A DNA stretch of 64,000 nucleotides from Akkermansia muciniphila (GTDB taxonomy: Bacteria; Verrucomicrobiota; Verrucomicrobiia; Limisphaerales; UBA9464), in contig CAMAUY010000016.1 of assembly GCA_945861565.1 (NCBI GenBank), positions 2,556 through 66,555 on the forward strand, read 5' to 3'. Of this stretch, positions 1 through 9,009 are shown piece after piece. The position numbers and the translations under genes are program-made. The notes beneath the pieces were generated by a model. The model did not search any database. It worked only from the letters and a program-made list of their open reading frames with translations, and was not told where the DNA came from. Each line of letters opens with the position of its first letter. Positions within the stretch are counted from its first letter, which is position 1.

Positions 1-1043
1 CCCGCAGCCGATTTATCTTCGGCGGGAGCAGCGGGATCCCCTTCAGCCGATGGCATTTTTGGAGCCGCCGGTGCTTTCGGTCCAGCAGGTGCGGGTCGCA
101 CAACATTGACACCCAGTGTCACGCGAACAAATTTTTCGTCGATCTCTGCGCCTGATTTGGCTGCCGGCGGGGGCGTTACCGGTGGAGCCATCCCACCCAT
201 CCCACCCATCCCACCCATGCCGTAGCGTCCCCGCATTCCGTACCGGGCAGCAATCATGGGGTCCATTCCACCGGGAAGTCCACCGGTCGAAAACGGAGTT
301 GCAGCCGGAGTATCCGTTTCCGGTGCCGCGTTCCGTTCGACATTGATACTTTTCACCACGAACATCTGCGGTGCATTGGCTAAGCCCGACAGAACGGCGG
401 CCAGTTCGGAGGAAAAACAGTTTAAGGAAAATTCGTACGGAGTATCTAAAAGGCCAACCTTGTCGTCGCGATTCGACTTGCGTGAGAGGAAACTGTTTCC
501 CATGTCGTTCGACATAACGGTGGGTCGGCGCACACTGTTCAATTCATTGATACGCGCTTCGAAAATAATTCGGCAGATGGCCTCGATGTCAAGAACCTGG
601 CCCGCCAGGACACCCAGCTTTTTCTCATCCAAGACCAATTCCTTGCGCTGTTCAGCGAACGTGAAGGCATACTTTGCCGGCAATTTCACTCCATTTCGCT
701 CCGCGACGCGTTCCAACCCTGTGATGGCAACTTCGAGCAGCGCTTTGAACTGCGCCGTCGCCATGTTTGTGGAAACAACCACTTCGGGGAACCGCTTGAG
801 TGCATTGGTCTTAAACTGAAGTACTCGCTCGGTTTCAAGGCGGGCGGCCTTGATGTTTTCCTCACTGGGATACGGCTTGCGGTCGATCAACTGATTGAGC
901 GCCGTCGATGCAGATTCCAAATTTGAAGCCACCTCGTCGGCGGCAGCTTTTCTGCCGAGGGAATACCAGATGCCAACCCCCAACAGGACTGCGGCGGCGG
1001 CGAGGCCGAGCACGAAATATAGATTACGCTTGATCCAGGCCAT
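1..1043 (-). CDS. Amuc_1100-like / PilO-like type IV pilus alignment protein (3' end runs off the window)
   Basis: Not in the ORF track because it has no stop in the window. Translated by hand from ATG at 1043: MAWIKRNLYFVLGLAAAAVLLGVGIWY (TM anchor), a coiled-coil, then PYEFSLNCFSSELAAVLSGLAN...FVVKSINVE (PilO-like). Lies directly downstream of pilM. Confidence 0.75.
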   Translation of the reverse strand, partial: MAWIKRNLYFVLGLAAAAVLLGVGIWYSLGRKAAADEVASNLESASTALNQLIDRKPYPSEENIKAARLETERVLQFKTNALKRFPEVVVSTNMATAQFKALLEVAITGLERVAERNGVKLPAKYAFTFAEQRKELVLDEKKLGVLAGQVLDIEAICRIIFEARINELNSVRRPTVMSNDMGNSFLSRKSNRDDKVGLLDTPYEFSLNCFSSELAAVLSGLANAPQMFVVKSINVERNAAPETDTPAATPFSTGGLPGGMDPMIAARYGMRGRYGMGGMGGMGGMAPPVTPPPAAKSGAEIDEKFVRVTLGVNVVRPAPAGPKAPAAPKMPSAEGDPAAPAEDKSAA

Positions 1044-1049
1044 GGCGGG

Positions 1050-2912
1050 TCAGAGCTTGATCGGACGCTTCAATTTAAGCTTCACGTCGAAAGTATAGGT
1101 CGGCGAATTGTCCTCTTGATTCAAATTGCCGGAAAGGACGGTCTCCTTTTCGTCAAAAAAAGGACTCGTCTTAAGTTCTTTCAGGAGATCAAACGCCAAC
1201 TCATTGTCGGCGTTCGGATTGGATTGCCGGAGACTGACGGCACGCATTGTCACCGTCACAGTGGCGACTTCGTTCGTATTTTTTTCCGGCTTTTTCGCCG
1301 CTCCCGTCCCATCGCCTGAATCAGCATCTGCCGAAGGTGCCATCATTCCCGGCATCCTTAGGCCATAACGCTTCATCAAAATTGGGTCCATGAACATCGA
1401 CCGCATCACGGGGGCCTCCTCAGCGGCCTCTTCATCCGGATTGGTGGGCTCCACAGAGAGTAATTTGTCGATCCAGACCCCGGCCGGACGTCCGAGTTTC
1501 TGCTGCGTGCCTGCCTCCGTCATCATCAACACGCGGCGAATCTCCGCAAGGATATCGCCCCAATACGTTTTCTCCCCGACAAACCCGCCCAGCAATTCGG
1601 TCTCATCGGTAGCCGCCTTAAGCTTGCCCTCCTCAGTCTTAAGCCGGTTTTCCGTATTCTGCAATGGGTCTAGCTGGACCTTGATTTCGTCCAACGCCTT
1701 TTGTTTGGCTTCCGCGACTCGAGTATTAAAGAAGCCATACGCGAAGCCGCCTAATGCGAGAGCGGCAAGAGCCCCGACGAGAAAAGGTTTCTTACTGTTG
1801 AACTCCTGTCGGGACTTCGAAGCCTTGGGAGTGAGGTCTAACTCGACCGGGCACTGGGCAATGTTACGAAGTCCGAGTCCCACGACTTCGCCAAAGCACT
1901 GAGCATATTTTTCCAGTTCGGCAACATTGACACCGGCATCCACCTGAACACTTCGAAACGGGTTGAAGTATTCGACGGGCAGGTTGAGTTTTTCCTGAAA
2001 AAACTGGGTTGCATAAGGCATGATCGAGCCCCCGCCGCAGAGATAAACCTGTGATGGCACCGAGCCACCCTGCTGAGTTCGGTAAAACTGGATCGTCTGG
2101 TTGACCTGCAAATGCAGACGGGTCAACACGTTACGGGCCACCTTCGAGACTGTCGCAAGGCGTGGGTTGTCGGGCTCTTCGTAGGCACCGCCAAGGCTGA
2201 CGAACCCGTCTGAGATCTTGAATTTCTCCGCTTCCGCAAAGGGCAGTTTGGCCTCTGCGGCAAACTCCTGAGTGACCGCATTCGCACCAATGTTGATCCC
2301 TCGGGTGTAAAACTTGTTCTTTTCAAACAGGAGCACATTACTCGTCTTCGCCCCGAGATCAATCAGGAGGGAGCATCCTTCTGCGTCGGAATAATTGAAG
2401 CGGAAGGCATTTGCCAGGGCGGCCATGGAAACATCGACCAGCTGTGTTCGCAGGCCATTGGATTCGCTCGTGCTGAACAACTTCTCGACCAAGTCCGCCT
2501 TAATGGCAACGAGAAGAACCTCCAACTCTCCACCCGTGCTCGTCCCGAGGATCTGGTAGTCCCAAACCGCCTCCGCCAAGGGAAATGGGATATTCTGTTG
2601 AGCCTCGTACTGAATAATCTGGGTGACCTTGGAGGTATCAACCGGTGGCAGTTTGATAAACTTGGAAAAGACTTGGAAGCCGGGGGCGCAGACATTGGCG
2701 TCGCGGGCCACGAAACCGCCTTCCGCAATCAATTCTGCCAGGGCTTTTTTGACGACGTTGTCACGGGCTGCGTCCTGAGACCCTGCGAGACCCAGCGGCT
2801 TCACCGCAAAACGGAGCAACTTTAGCCCCCCATCGTCGCCGGGAGCGAATTCGGCCGCCTTGAGGCAGCCGGCCCCAAAATCAACTCCGAGGATAGTCTT
2901 CGATTTTAACAT
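1050..2912 (-). CDS. pilM: Type IV pilus assembly protein PilM fused to a PilN-like C-terminal part (Amuc_1101-like)
   Basis: Actin-like N-terminus ILGVDFGAGCLKAAE, plus YEAQQNIPFPL, LIDLGAKTSNV and LCGGGS. Followed by a TM segment, coiled-coil and PilN-like beta region. Confidence 0.9.
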   Translation of the reverse strand: MLKSKTILGVDFGAGCLKAAEFAPGDDGGLKLLRFAVKPLGLAGSQDAARDNVVKKALAELIAEGGFVARDANVCAPGFQVFSKFIKLPPVDTSKVTQIIQYEAQQNIPFPLAEAVWDYQILGTSTGGELEVLLVAIKADLVEKLFSTSESNGLRTQLVDVSMAALANAFRFNYSDAEGCSLLIDLGAKTSNVLLFEKNKFYTRGINIGANAVTQEFAAEAKLPFAEAEKFKISDGFVSLGGAYEEPDNPRLATVSKVARNVLTRLHLQVNQTIQFYRTQQGGSVPSQVYLCGGGSIMPYATQFFQEKLNLPVEYFNPFRSVQVDAGVNVAELEKYAQCFGEVVGLGLRNIAQCPVELDLTPKASKSRQEFNSKKPFLVGALAALALGGFAYGFFNTRVAEAKQKALDEIKVQLDPLQNTENRLKTEEGKLKAATDETELLGGFVGEKTYWGDILAEIRRVLMMTEAGTQQKLGRPAGVWIDKLLSVEPTNPDEEAAEEAPVMRSMFMDPILMKRYGLRMPGMMAPSADADSGDGTGAAKKPEKNTNEVATVTVTMRAVSLRQSNPNADNELAFDLLKELKTSPFFDEKETVLSGNLNQEDNSPTYTFDVKLKLKRPIKL

Positions 2913-3295
2913 GTTCTGGCTCTCTCGGTCACGGGATCAACGCGACAAAAAAACTCGCCGCGGAATCCCCGCGAGCGAGCGAATTCGGAAAAGCTGATGG
3001 GTAATTAGAGAAGCGACGCGACGGGGTCAAACAGAAAAATCGAAAAACCGGAACAACCTGCTCATAAGTTTTCAATAGACGCGCCACGCAGTGATTCGAG
3101 CACGGCGGCGGCGTTTCGTCACGCACTGATCTCAAGAGTTTCTGGAGCCGGCTCGATTCGACATTGGGAAATAGCCCGGCCATCAAACTCCAGCCGCGCC
3201 CTGCCCAGAGCGCCGAAATGCTTTTCCATCTGGCGTCTTTCTTGTTTCCATGCTTGGCATGTTCAACCCGGCCCGGCTTGATCGTGTCGCTCGCC

Positions 3296-6043
3296 ATGTC
3301 CGCTGAACTCGATACTTTTGCCGTCCGCAACCTTCGTCGGTTGGCCGACCTGCTTTACCACCGGCCCGATTGGATCGTCTGGCCGCAGATTGTGCTTTTC
3401 ATCGTCGCCGTGGGGGGGACGTGGAGATTCTTAAAGCCGGACCTCGACCGCAAAAATCTGGTCGGCGCGGAGAGGCGGTACCACCGAAATTTCCAGTTGT
3501 TTAAGAAGGAATTTCCAGTCCAGGACGACTTGGTTGCGGTGGTGGAAAGCGAGGATCACGAAAAAAACAGGCAGTTCATCGAGCGACTCGGGGCCCGCCT
3601 GGAAAGCCACTCCACAACCGTTCACCCGACGAACCTGCTGACGGATGTATTCTTTAAGGGGGAACTCAAATTGATGGGGCGAAAGGCCCTACTCTTTGTT
3701 CCGGAGCGAGACCTCGAAGCGTTGAGTCGCACGATTGCCGAGTACCGCCCCTTCATCCAGCAGTTTGCCGGCGCGAGCAACCTCGCGACACTTTTCGGAT
3801 CGGTGAACCACCAGATTCGGACGGCCAAGCGGGAGGCATCGGCTGCCAACGAATCGATGGTTCGCGCCCTTCCGGCTCTGGAACGGATTATTCGTCGGGC
3901 GAATGAAAGCCTGGAGAAATCCGGCATCGCGCCCTCCCCTGGAATTGACGCCCTATTTGGCGCCGGACCGGAGGCGGAACGGGCAAAATACATCACCTTC
4001 GACCACGGTCGGATCTATATCGCCACCGCCAAGGCACGTCTTGCAGCGTTGGGTCCGGACGCCGTGGCGCTGTTTCGCCGGCTGCTGGACGAAACACACC
4101 GTGAAGTCCCCGGTGTCAACGTCGGCATTACGGGTGAACCCGTCCTGGAATACGACGAAATGCAGCAGTCTCAGCACGACTCGACCCTCGCCACTATCCT
4201 CTCTCTGGTGATCGTCGCCATTATCTTTGTCTTCGGCTACGGCGAGATCGGCCGCCCAATGAAGGCCGTGCTCTGCCTCGTGATCGGGCTGGGATATACA
4301 CTGGGCTATACGACCCTGGTAATCGGCCATCTCAACATTCTTACGATCACGTTTGTTCCCATGCTCATCGGACTGGCGATCGACTTCGGGATCCACCTGA
4401 TCACGCGCTACGAGGAAGAACTGCGCCTCGGACAAAGCCCGCGCGACGCGATGGAGAAAGCCGTTGTCAATACGGGGAATGGTATCTTCACCGGTTGCTT
4501 CACAACGGCCGGGGCATTCTTCGCGATGGCACTGACGGGTTTCAAAGGAATCCAGGAGATGGGGATCATCACGGGGGGAGGCATGCTGATCTGTCTCGTA
4601 CCCATGATGACCCTGTTGCCTGTGCTGTTGTTGCGTCGCAGCCGTCAGAACACGATCGTCCCGATGGAGGCGCGGACCGCGGCGACACCTCCGGCGAGTC
4701 CCTTGGGGGAGGCCGCCCTGGACTCACGAGCCCGATTCGAGCGTCTTTGGCTGGATCGGCCCTGGACGGTGATCGGGGTCGTTTTCGTCCTTTGTCTGCT
4801 GTCAATCGCCCGATTTCCCGTGGTGTTTTTCGACTACAACCTGCTCAACATGCAAAGTCCGAGACTCGACTCGGTGATCTTCGAAAGGAAATTGATCCGT
4901 TCGAGTGAACGTTCGGTATTATACGGGGCGATGGTGGCGAATTCCCTGTCCGAGGCCCACCAGATCGAGGAGAAGCTCCGGGCGCTTCCGTCCGTACTCA
5001 CCAACGATTCCATGGCAAAGTATCTTGGCCAGAACGCGACTGGAAAGCTGGCGCAGGTGGCCCGGATCCGTTCTGCGGTATCCGGTTTTCAGTTCGGAGA
5101 ACCCGACCTAAAGCCCGTGGAGATTAGTGAACTCAGCAACATTTTGTGGTCTCTTCAGGGGTACCTGGGACTGATTGCCGACGATCTCCGCGGCGATACG
5201 AACCAGAGCGTGCTTTTGGCCAATGCGTTGTCGCTGCGAGAAACCCTTGGAACGTTGCGGTATGCGATGCAGCAGGGAAGGAAGAGCGAGAATGCGGTCC
5301 GTTTGGGGCATTTTCAGCAGGCGCTGTTTGCGGACCTCCGGGACACCTTCGAAACCTTGCGCACGCAGGATTCCAGCTCTGGGCTGCATGCGGACGATCT
5401 GCCCCTTGCCATGCGGCACCGATTTATTGGGATTAACGGGAAACACCTGATCCAGATCTACCCGCGGCGGGATGCCTGGCAGCGCGACGCGCAAGAGGAA
5501 TTTGTTCGCGAACTCCGGACAGTGGATCCCGATGTGACGGGAACACCCGTTCAACTTCTGGAGTACACCAGCCTGCTAATGACGAGTTACGTGGAGGCGG
5601 CCGGATGGGCGCTCGCCGCCATCGTCCTTCTCGTCTACATCCATTTCCGGCGCGTGCTAAGCGTGATTCTGTCGCTCCTGCCGGTGGTGATCGGCGCAAT
5701 CTGGATGATTGGCTTCATGGGTTGGACGGGTATCCCATTTAATCCGGCGAACATCATGACCCTCCCTCTGGTCATTGGCATTGGCGTCACCAACGGCATC
5801 CATATCCTCAATCGTTTTGCGGAGGAGAAAAATCCATCGATCCTGGCAAAAAGCACCGGTAAAGCGGTCTTTGTTTCCGGTCTTACGACTATTGCGGGAT
5901 TCGGCAGCCTCTTAATCGCCGAGCACCCGGGCATTCGCAGCCTGGGCGCCGTCATGGCGGTTGGAACGACGACGTGCATGGTTGCCGGACTCACCTTCCT
6001 TCCGGCCCTACTAACGCTGTTGAACCGGCGCCGGGGTCCCTAA
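3296..6043 (+). CDS. MMPL/RND-family lipid transporter (HpnN-like)
   Basis: Two RND TM halves with GLAIDFGIH and GIGVTNGIH motifs, TGEPVL and TGTPV, and large periplasmic loops. Start set at ATG 3296 (MSAELD). Confidence 0.85.
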   Translation: MSAELDTFAVRNLRRLADLLYHRPDWIVWPQIVLFIVAVGGTWRFLKPDLDRKNLVGAERRYHRNFQLFKKEFPVQDDLVAVVESEDHEKNRQFIERLGARLESHSTTVHPTNLLTDVFFKGELKLMGRKALLFVPERDLEALSRTIAEYRPFIQQFAGASNLATLFGSVNHQIRTAKREASAANESMVRALPALERIIRRANESLEKSGIAPSPGIDALFGAGPEAERAKYITFDHGRIYIATAKARLAALGPDAVALFRRLLDETHREVPGVNVGITGEPVLEYDEMQQSQHDSTLATILSLVIVAIIFVFGYGEIGRPMKAVLCLVIGLGYTLGYTTLVIGHLNILTITFVPMLIGLAIDFGIHLITRYEEELRLGQSPRDAMEKAVVNTGNGIFTGCFTTAGAFFAMALTGFKGIQEMGIITGGGMLICLVPMMTLLPVLLLRRSRQNTIVPMEARTAATPPASPLGEAALDSRARFERLWLDRPWTVIGVVFVLCLLSIARFPVVFFDYNLLNMQSPRLDSVIFERKLIRSSERSVLYGAMVANSLSEAHQIEEKLRALPSVLTNDSMAKYLGQNATGKLAQVARIRSAVSGFQFGEPDLKPVEISELSNILWSLQGYLGLIADDLRGDTNQSVLLANALSLRETLGTLRYAMQQGRKSENAVRLGHFQQALFADLRDTFETLRTQDSSSGLHADDLPLAMRHRFIGINGKHLIQIYPRRDAWQRDAQEEFVRELRTVDPDVTGTPVQLLEYTSLLMTSYVEAAGWALAAIVLLVYIHFRRVLSVILSLLPVVIGAIWMIGFMGWTGIPFNPANIMTLPLVIGIGVTNGIHILNRFAEEKNPSILAKSTGKAVFVSGLTTIAGFGSLLIAEHPGIRSLGAVMAVGTTTCMVAGLTFLPALLTLLNRRRGP

Positions 6044-6055
6044 GATCCGCCAGGC

Positions 6056-6793
6056 TTAGGGGTTTGTCGGCCGGGGCGGCTGCTCAAACTCGAGCTCGGT
6101 GAGGGAATCTTTGCGTGCGTCGCGGATCTTAACGTCTTTCAGCATGTAGCCCTCGCCGTGGCGCTGGATGCTGCCGGTCGCGAAACGTTTCACCAACCGG
6201 CCCTGCGTATCATAGGCCTCAGCACCCAACAGCCCATTGTACTCAGCATCCACCCACGAAATCACCCGAGCGTAACCATTGGTGGACGGGTTGACACTCT
6301 CCAGTTTCCCGCACATCCGGCCGCTGTGAGGTTCGCGTCCGACGATGCGTTGATCAGGCCAGTGGAGGAATTCCCTGCCAAGATCAGCAAACCAGAAATC
6401 GGATCCGGCAAAGGAAGTGAACGCCGCCCCGCCCGTCAATCGCGCGGGAGCTTTTCCGGCCTGGGCGACTTCGTACACGGGCGCAAGGTGGTCCCGGTAC
6501 ACAATGGTGACCGTCTCCCCTGCCCCGTCGGGCGTCCGGATCGCCTCGTACCGAACCGTCCACTGAGCATCGTCGACACGGGTGGTAATCGTCACGGGAA
6601 CGGATCTTCTCCGACCGTCCGGGTCGATCAACCGGAGCCGGGCCAAGTTCGTAGATCCTTCCGAGGGCCGTTGCTGACGCAATTCAGCCGCCAGCGCCTG
6701 CCCTGCCTCGGTCTCAGGCGAGCCGAGTGCGACGGTGCAAAGAATAAAAAAAGTACCTAAAGATGCGGCTTGAAATCGATTCACGGTAGGCAT
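6056..6793 (-). CDS. Outer-membrane lipoprotein-sorting (LolA-like) protein
   Basis: Signal peptide, FAGSDFWFADL motif, and Y.RVISWVD...AEAYD.QG.LVK, typical of the LolA-like family often found near MMPL genes. Confidence 0.75.
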   Translation of the reverse strand: MPTVNRFQAASLGTFFILCTVALGSPETEAGQALAAELRQQRPSEGSTNLARLRLIDPDGRRRSVPVTITTRVDDAQWTVRYEAIRTPDGAGETVTIVYRDHLAPVYEVAQAGKAPARLTGGAAFTSFAGSDFWFADLGREFLHWPDQRIVGREPHSGRMCGKLESVNPSTNGYARVISWVDAEYNGLLGAEAYDTQGRLVKRFATGSIQRHGEGYMLKDVKIRDARKDSLTELEFEQPPRPTNP

Positions 6794-6821
6794 GAGACGG
6801 GTCAAAGGCCGGGGCTGTTCA

Positions 6822-7025
6822 TCAATGCTTCATTGCAACGGTGGGCCGTTCACCGCGGCGGGAGTGAACGAGCAAACCCGGCGGACGAATGCCGGTTCCG
6901 GCGCCCGCACACCCGCAGGGGATCGATTTTTTCAGCCGATACCGTGCGGGCCGAAACAATCGCCAAAGGACGGTACCGACCGTCGCGACGACGACCGCCA
7001 GAGCAATAGGTTGTTGCCAGTCCAC
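6822..7025 (-). CDS. Small membrane protein with a CxC motif (FeoB-associated Cys-rich-like)
   Basis: GTG start gives MDWQQPIALAVVVATVGTVLWRLF (single TM) followed by PCGC. Co-oriented with the downstream gene. Confidence 0.55.
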   Translation of the reverse strand: MDWQQPIALAVVVATVGTVLWRLFRPARYRLKKSIPCGCAGAGTGIRPPGLLVHSRRGERPTVAMKH

Positions 7026-7110
7026 AGGGTTACCCTGGCACAAGAGGACCTCTCAAACAATCGACGCGTAGAAAATTCGAACTCATTTTTCATCGATTGA
7101 TCTTGATGGA

Positions 7111-7126
7111 TGGCACGAGATTCGCT
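7111..7126 (+). promoter_or_regulatory. Putative sigma54 (-24/-12) promoter
   Basis: TGGCACGAGATTCGCT matches TGGCAC-N5-TTGCW with exact GG-N10-GC spacing, about 70 nt upstream of ATG 7195. Confidence 0.7.
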
Positions 7127-7194
7127 CTTTAGCGGCCGTACCGGATTTTCCCGTGCGGGACTTTTTTAAGGGAGGCCGGTCCAACGAAGCAGCT

Positions 7195-7509
7195 ATGCAT
7201 TCCAGCCATTCTCTCGGAAATTCGAACCCTCGTTTGTCGGCAAAGAAAACGGTTCGACCGACCAACTTCATCTGCATTGCGCCCGGTGCCGCAGCCGTTT
7301 CACTCATTGGGGATTTCAATGATTGGCATCCGAACGCGAATCCGATGCATCAACATTTCGACGGTTCCTGGCAAATCCAGTTTCCGCTGTCGCATGGGCA
7401 TCATCACTACGCGTTCTATGCCGATGGAAATATCCTTCTGGACCCCAAGGCACATGGGGTCGGACGGGACACCGAAGGGAGGAAGGTGTCACTCATCGCC
7501 GTCAGTTGA
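7195..7509 (+). CDS. Stand-alone glycogen-binding (CBM48/AMPK-beta-like) domain protein
   Basis: APGAAAVSLIGDFNDW...GSWQIQFPL..G.H.YAFYADG...DP motif. Confidence 0.8.
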   Translation: MHSSHSLGNSNPRLSAKKTVRPTNFICIAPGAAAVSLIGDFNDWHPNANPMHQHFDGSWQIQFPLSHGHHHYAFYADGNILLDPKAHGVGRDTEGRKVSLIAVS

Positions 7510-7519
7510 TCCCTGAGTG

Positions 7520-8083
7520 TCACGAGGCATCGGGTTCTTCGGGTGCCCTCGGTTCGGAGCCACCCGGAGGATTGGATCCGGCACGGTGAACCGACCGGGA
7601 GTGCCGAAGTGCCCGGTTGAGGGTCCGTTGTTCGCTGAAGAATTGGCGGAGGAGAGAGGTGCATTCCTCGCCGCGCACCCCGCTGGTGATTTCGCAGCGG
7701 TGATTTAGCGTGGGGAACTGCAAGAGGTTGAGAGCCCCCCCCGCAGCGCCTCCCTTTGGATCCGGGGCACCGAACACAACGCGGGCGCAACGGCAATGGA
7801 CCAAAGCTCCCGCACACATGGGGCAGGGTTCCTTGGTCACATAGAGGGTGCAATCCGTGAGTCGCCAGTCACCGACCGCCGACTGTGCCTGGGTCAAAGC
7901 CAGCATCTCGGCGTGCGCCGTCGCATCCGTCAGCAGTTCCACCTGATTAAAGGCGCGTCCGATAATCTTCCCCGCCCGCACGACCACCGCTCCCACCGGA
8001 ACCTCGGCGGCGTCATAGGCACGCCAAGCCTGCCGTAAGGCCTCCTGCATAAAATGGCTATCGAGATTCAAGGGTTCATCCAT
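7520..8083 (-). CDS. tadA: tRNA adenosine(34) deaminase
   Basis: FMQEAL, EVPVGAV, TAHAEM, LYVTKEPCPMCAGA and DPKGGA motifs. Confidence 0.93.
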   Translation of the reverse strand: MDEPLNLDSHFMQEALRQAWRAYDAAEVPVGAVVVRAGKIIGRAFNQVELLTDATAHAEMLALTQAQSAVGDWRLTDCTLYVTKEPCPMCAGALVHCRCARVVFGAPDPKGGAAGGALNLLQFPTLNHRCEITSGVRGEECTSLLRQFFSEQRTLNRALRHSRSVHRAGSNPPGGSEPRAPEEPDAS

Positions 8084-8149
8084 GACGTACTGTTGGGTGG
8101 GTCCCATCCTTGGTTCCGCAGCGAATTCTTCCGCACGTGGGCGGGGCAA

Positions 8150-8638
8150 TCAGGACTCTTCCAGTGTCCAAACATCCGGGCCGCCCGGATGGCAGTGGCA
8201 ATGTGCGGCAAAATAGCCACCCCGATGCTTCCAAAACAGTGGCCAGAGTTGTTCTCGGTCGGTACTCGGCAGCGGTAGGTCATGGAGGGCTGCTTGCGAA
8301 AAAAACCCAAAAGCTCCCTCCCGGTGCGGAGGGGGCAGTTGTCGCAATCGAGTGCGCACCTCGAAAAGAAAAATCAGCCAATGAGCTGTTCCCGAGTAAC
8401 CATACTCACTCACGATGCCGGTTAAATGCAAATCAGACGGCGCCAGAGCAATGCCGATCTCTTCGAAGGCCTCGCGGCAAGCGCATGCATACGGCGATTC
8501 GCCGTACTCCGTTTTGAGTTTGCCGCCTGGCGGACTCCAAAGGCCCGCATTGGGTTCCTGGCGGCGGTGCAGCAGCAAAACGTCCCCACTCTCATTAAAA
8601 CAATAGAGGAGCGTCGCGATCTGGTGAGGCAGCTTCAT
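8150..8638 (-). CDS. NUDIX hydrolase (MutT-like)
   Basis: Nudix box GGKLKTEYGESPYACACREAFEEIG. Confidence 0.9.
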   Translation of the reverse strand: MKLPHQIATLLYCFNESGDVLLLHRRQEPNAGLWSPPGGKLKTEYGESPYACACREAFEEIGIALAPSDLHLTGIVSEYGYSGTAHWLIFLFEVRTRLRQLPPPHREGAFGFFSQAALHDLPLPSTDREQLWPLFWKHRGGYFAAHCHCHPGGPDVWTLEES

Positions 8639-8798
8639 TCGTTCATCCAAGCAAACACGGATTCAACGCGCAAACTGCGAAACCATCGGCTTTTTCAAAT
8701 GGGTGTGGCACAAAAATCTGAAAAGCTTCAGTTTTCAGACTTTTTTGATGAATTTTGACTAAGCTCTCTGCTTGGATATTCCAATGAACCGGGGTTTG

Positions 8799-8979
8799 GA
8801 ACCGCGGATGAACGCCGATAAACGCTGATTGCAGGCGATCACTCCGAAAGTGATCAAAGTGAGAGGCAACGGCTTCCTCTTATCTGCGTCCATCCGTGTC
8901 AATCCGCGGTTCTCCCCCCCCGGCACTTTGCATTTCGACTCGAATCTCTCCGGGACTCCGTGCCCTCCATTGCCCGTTT
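8799..8979. repeat. Family A palindromic element (arms built of 10-nt units), 114-nt core plus about 65-nt extension
   Basis: Left arm GAACCGCGGAT GAACGCCGAT AAACGCTGAT; right arm ATCTGCGTCC ATCCGTGTCA ATCCGCGGTTC. Near-identical inverted copy at 19711-19859; the extension is shared with 26067-26170. Confidence 0.9.
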
Positions 8980-9009
8980 CCAGTTGGTTCCCATTGCAAT
9001 TCGGCGGCT

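Noticed and set aside
2913-3295. Riboswitch (e.g. c-di-GMP) upstream of the pilus operon
   Set aside because: No recognisable aptamer consensus found by eye; an Infernal scan would be needed to exclude it.
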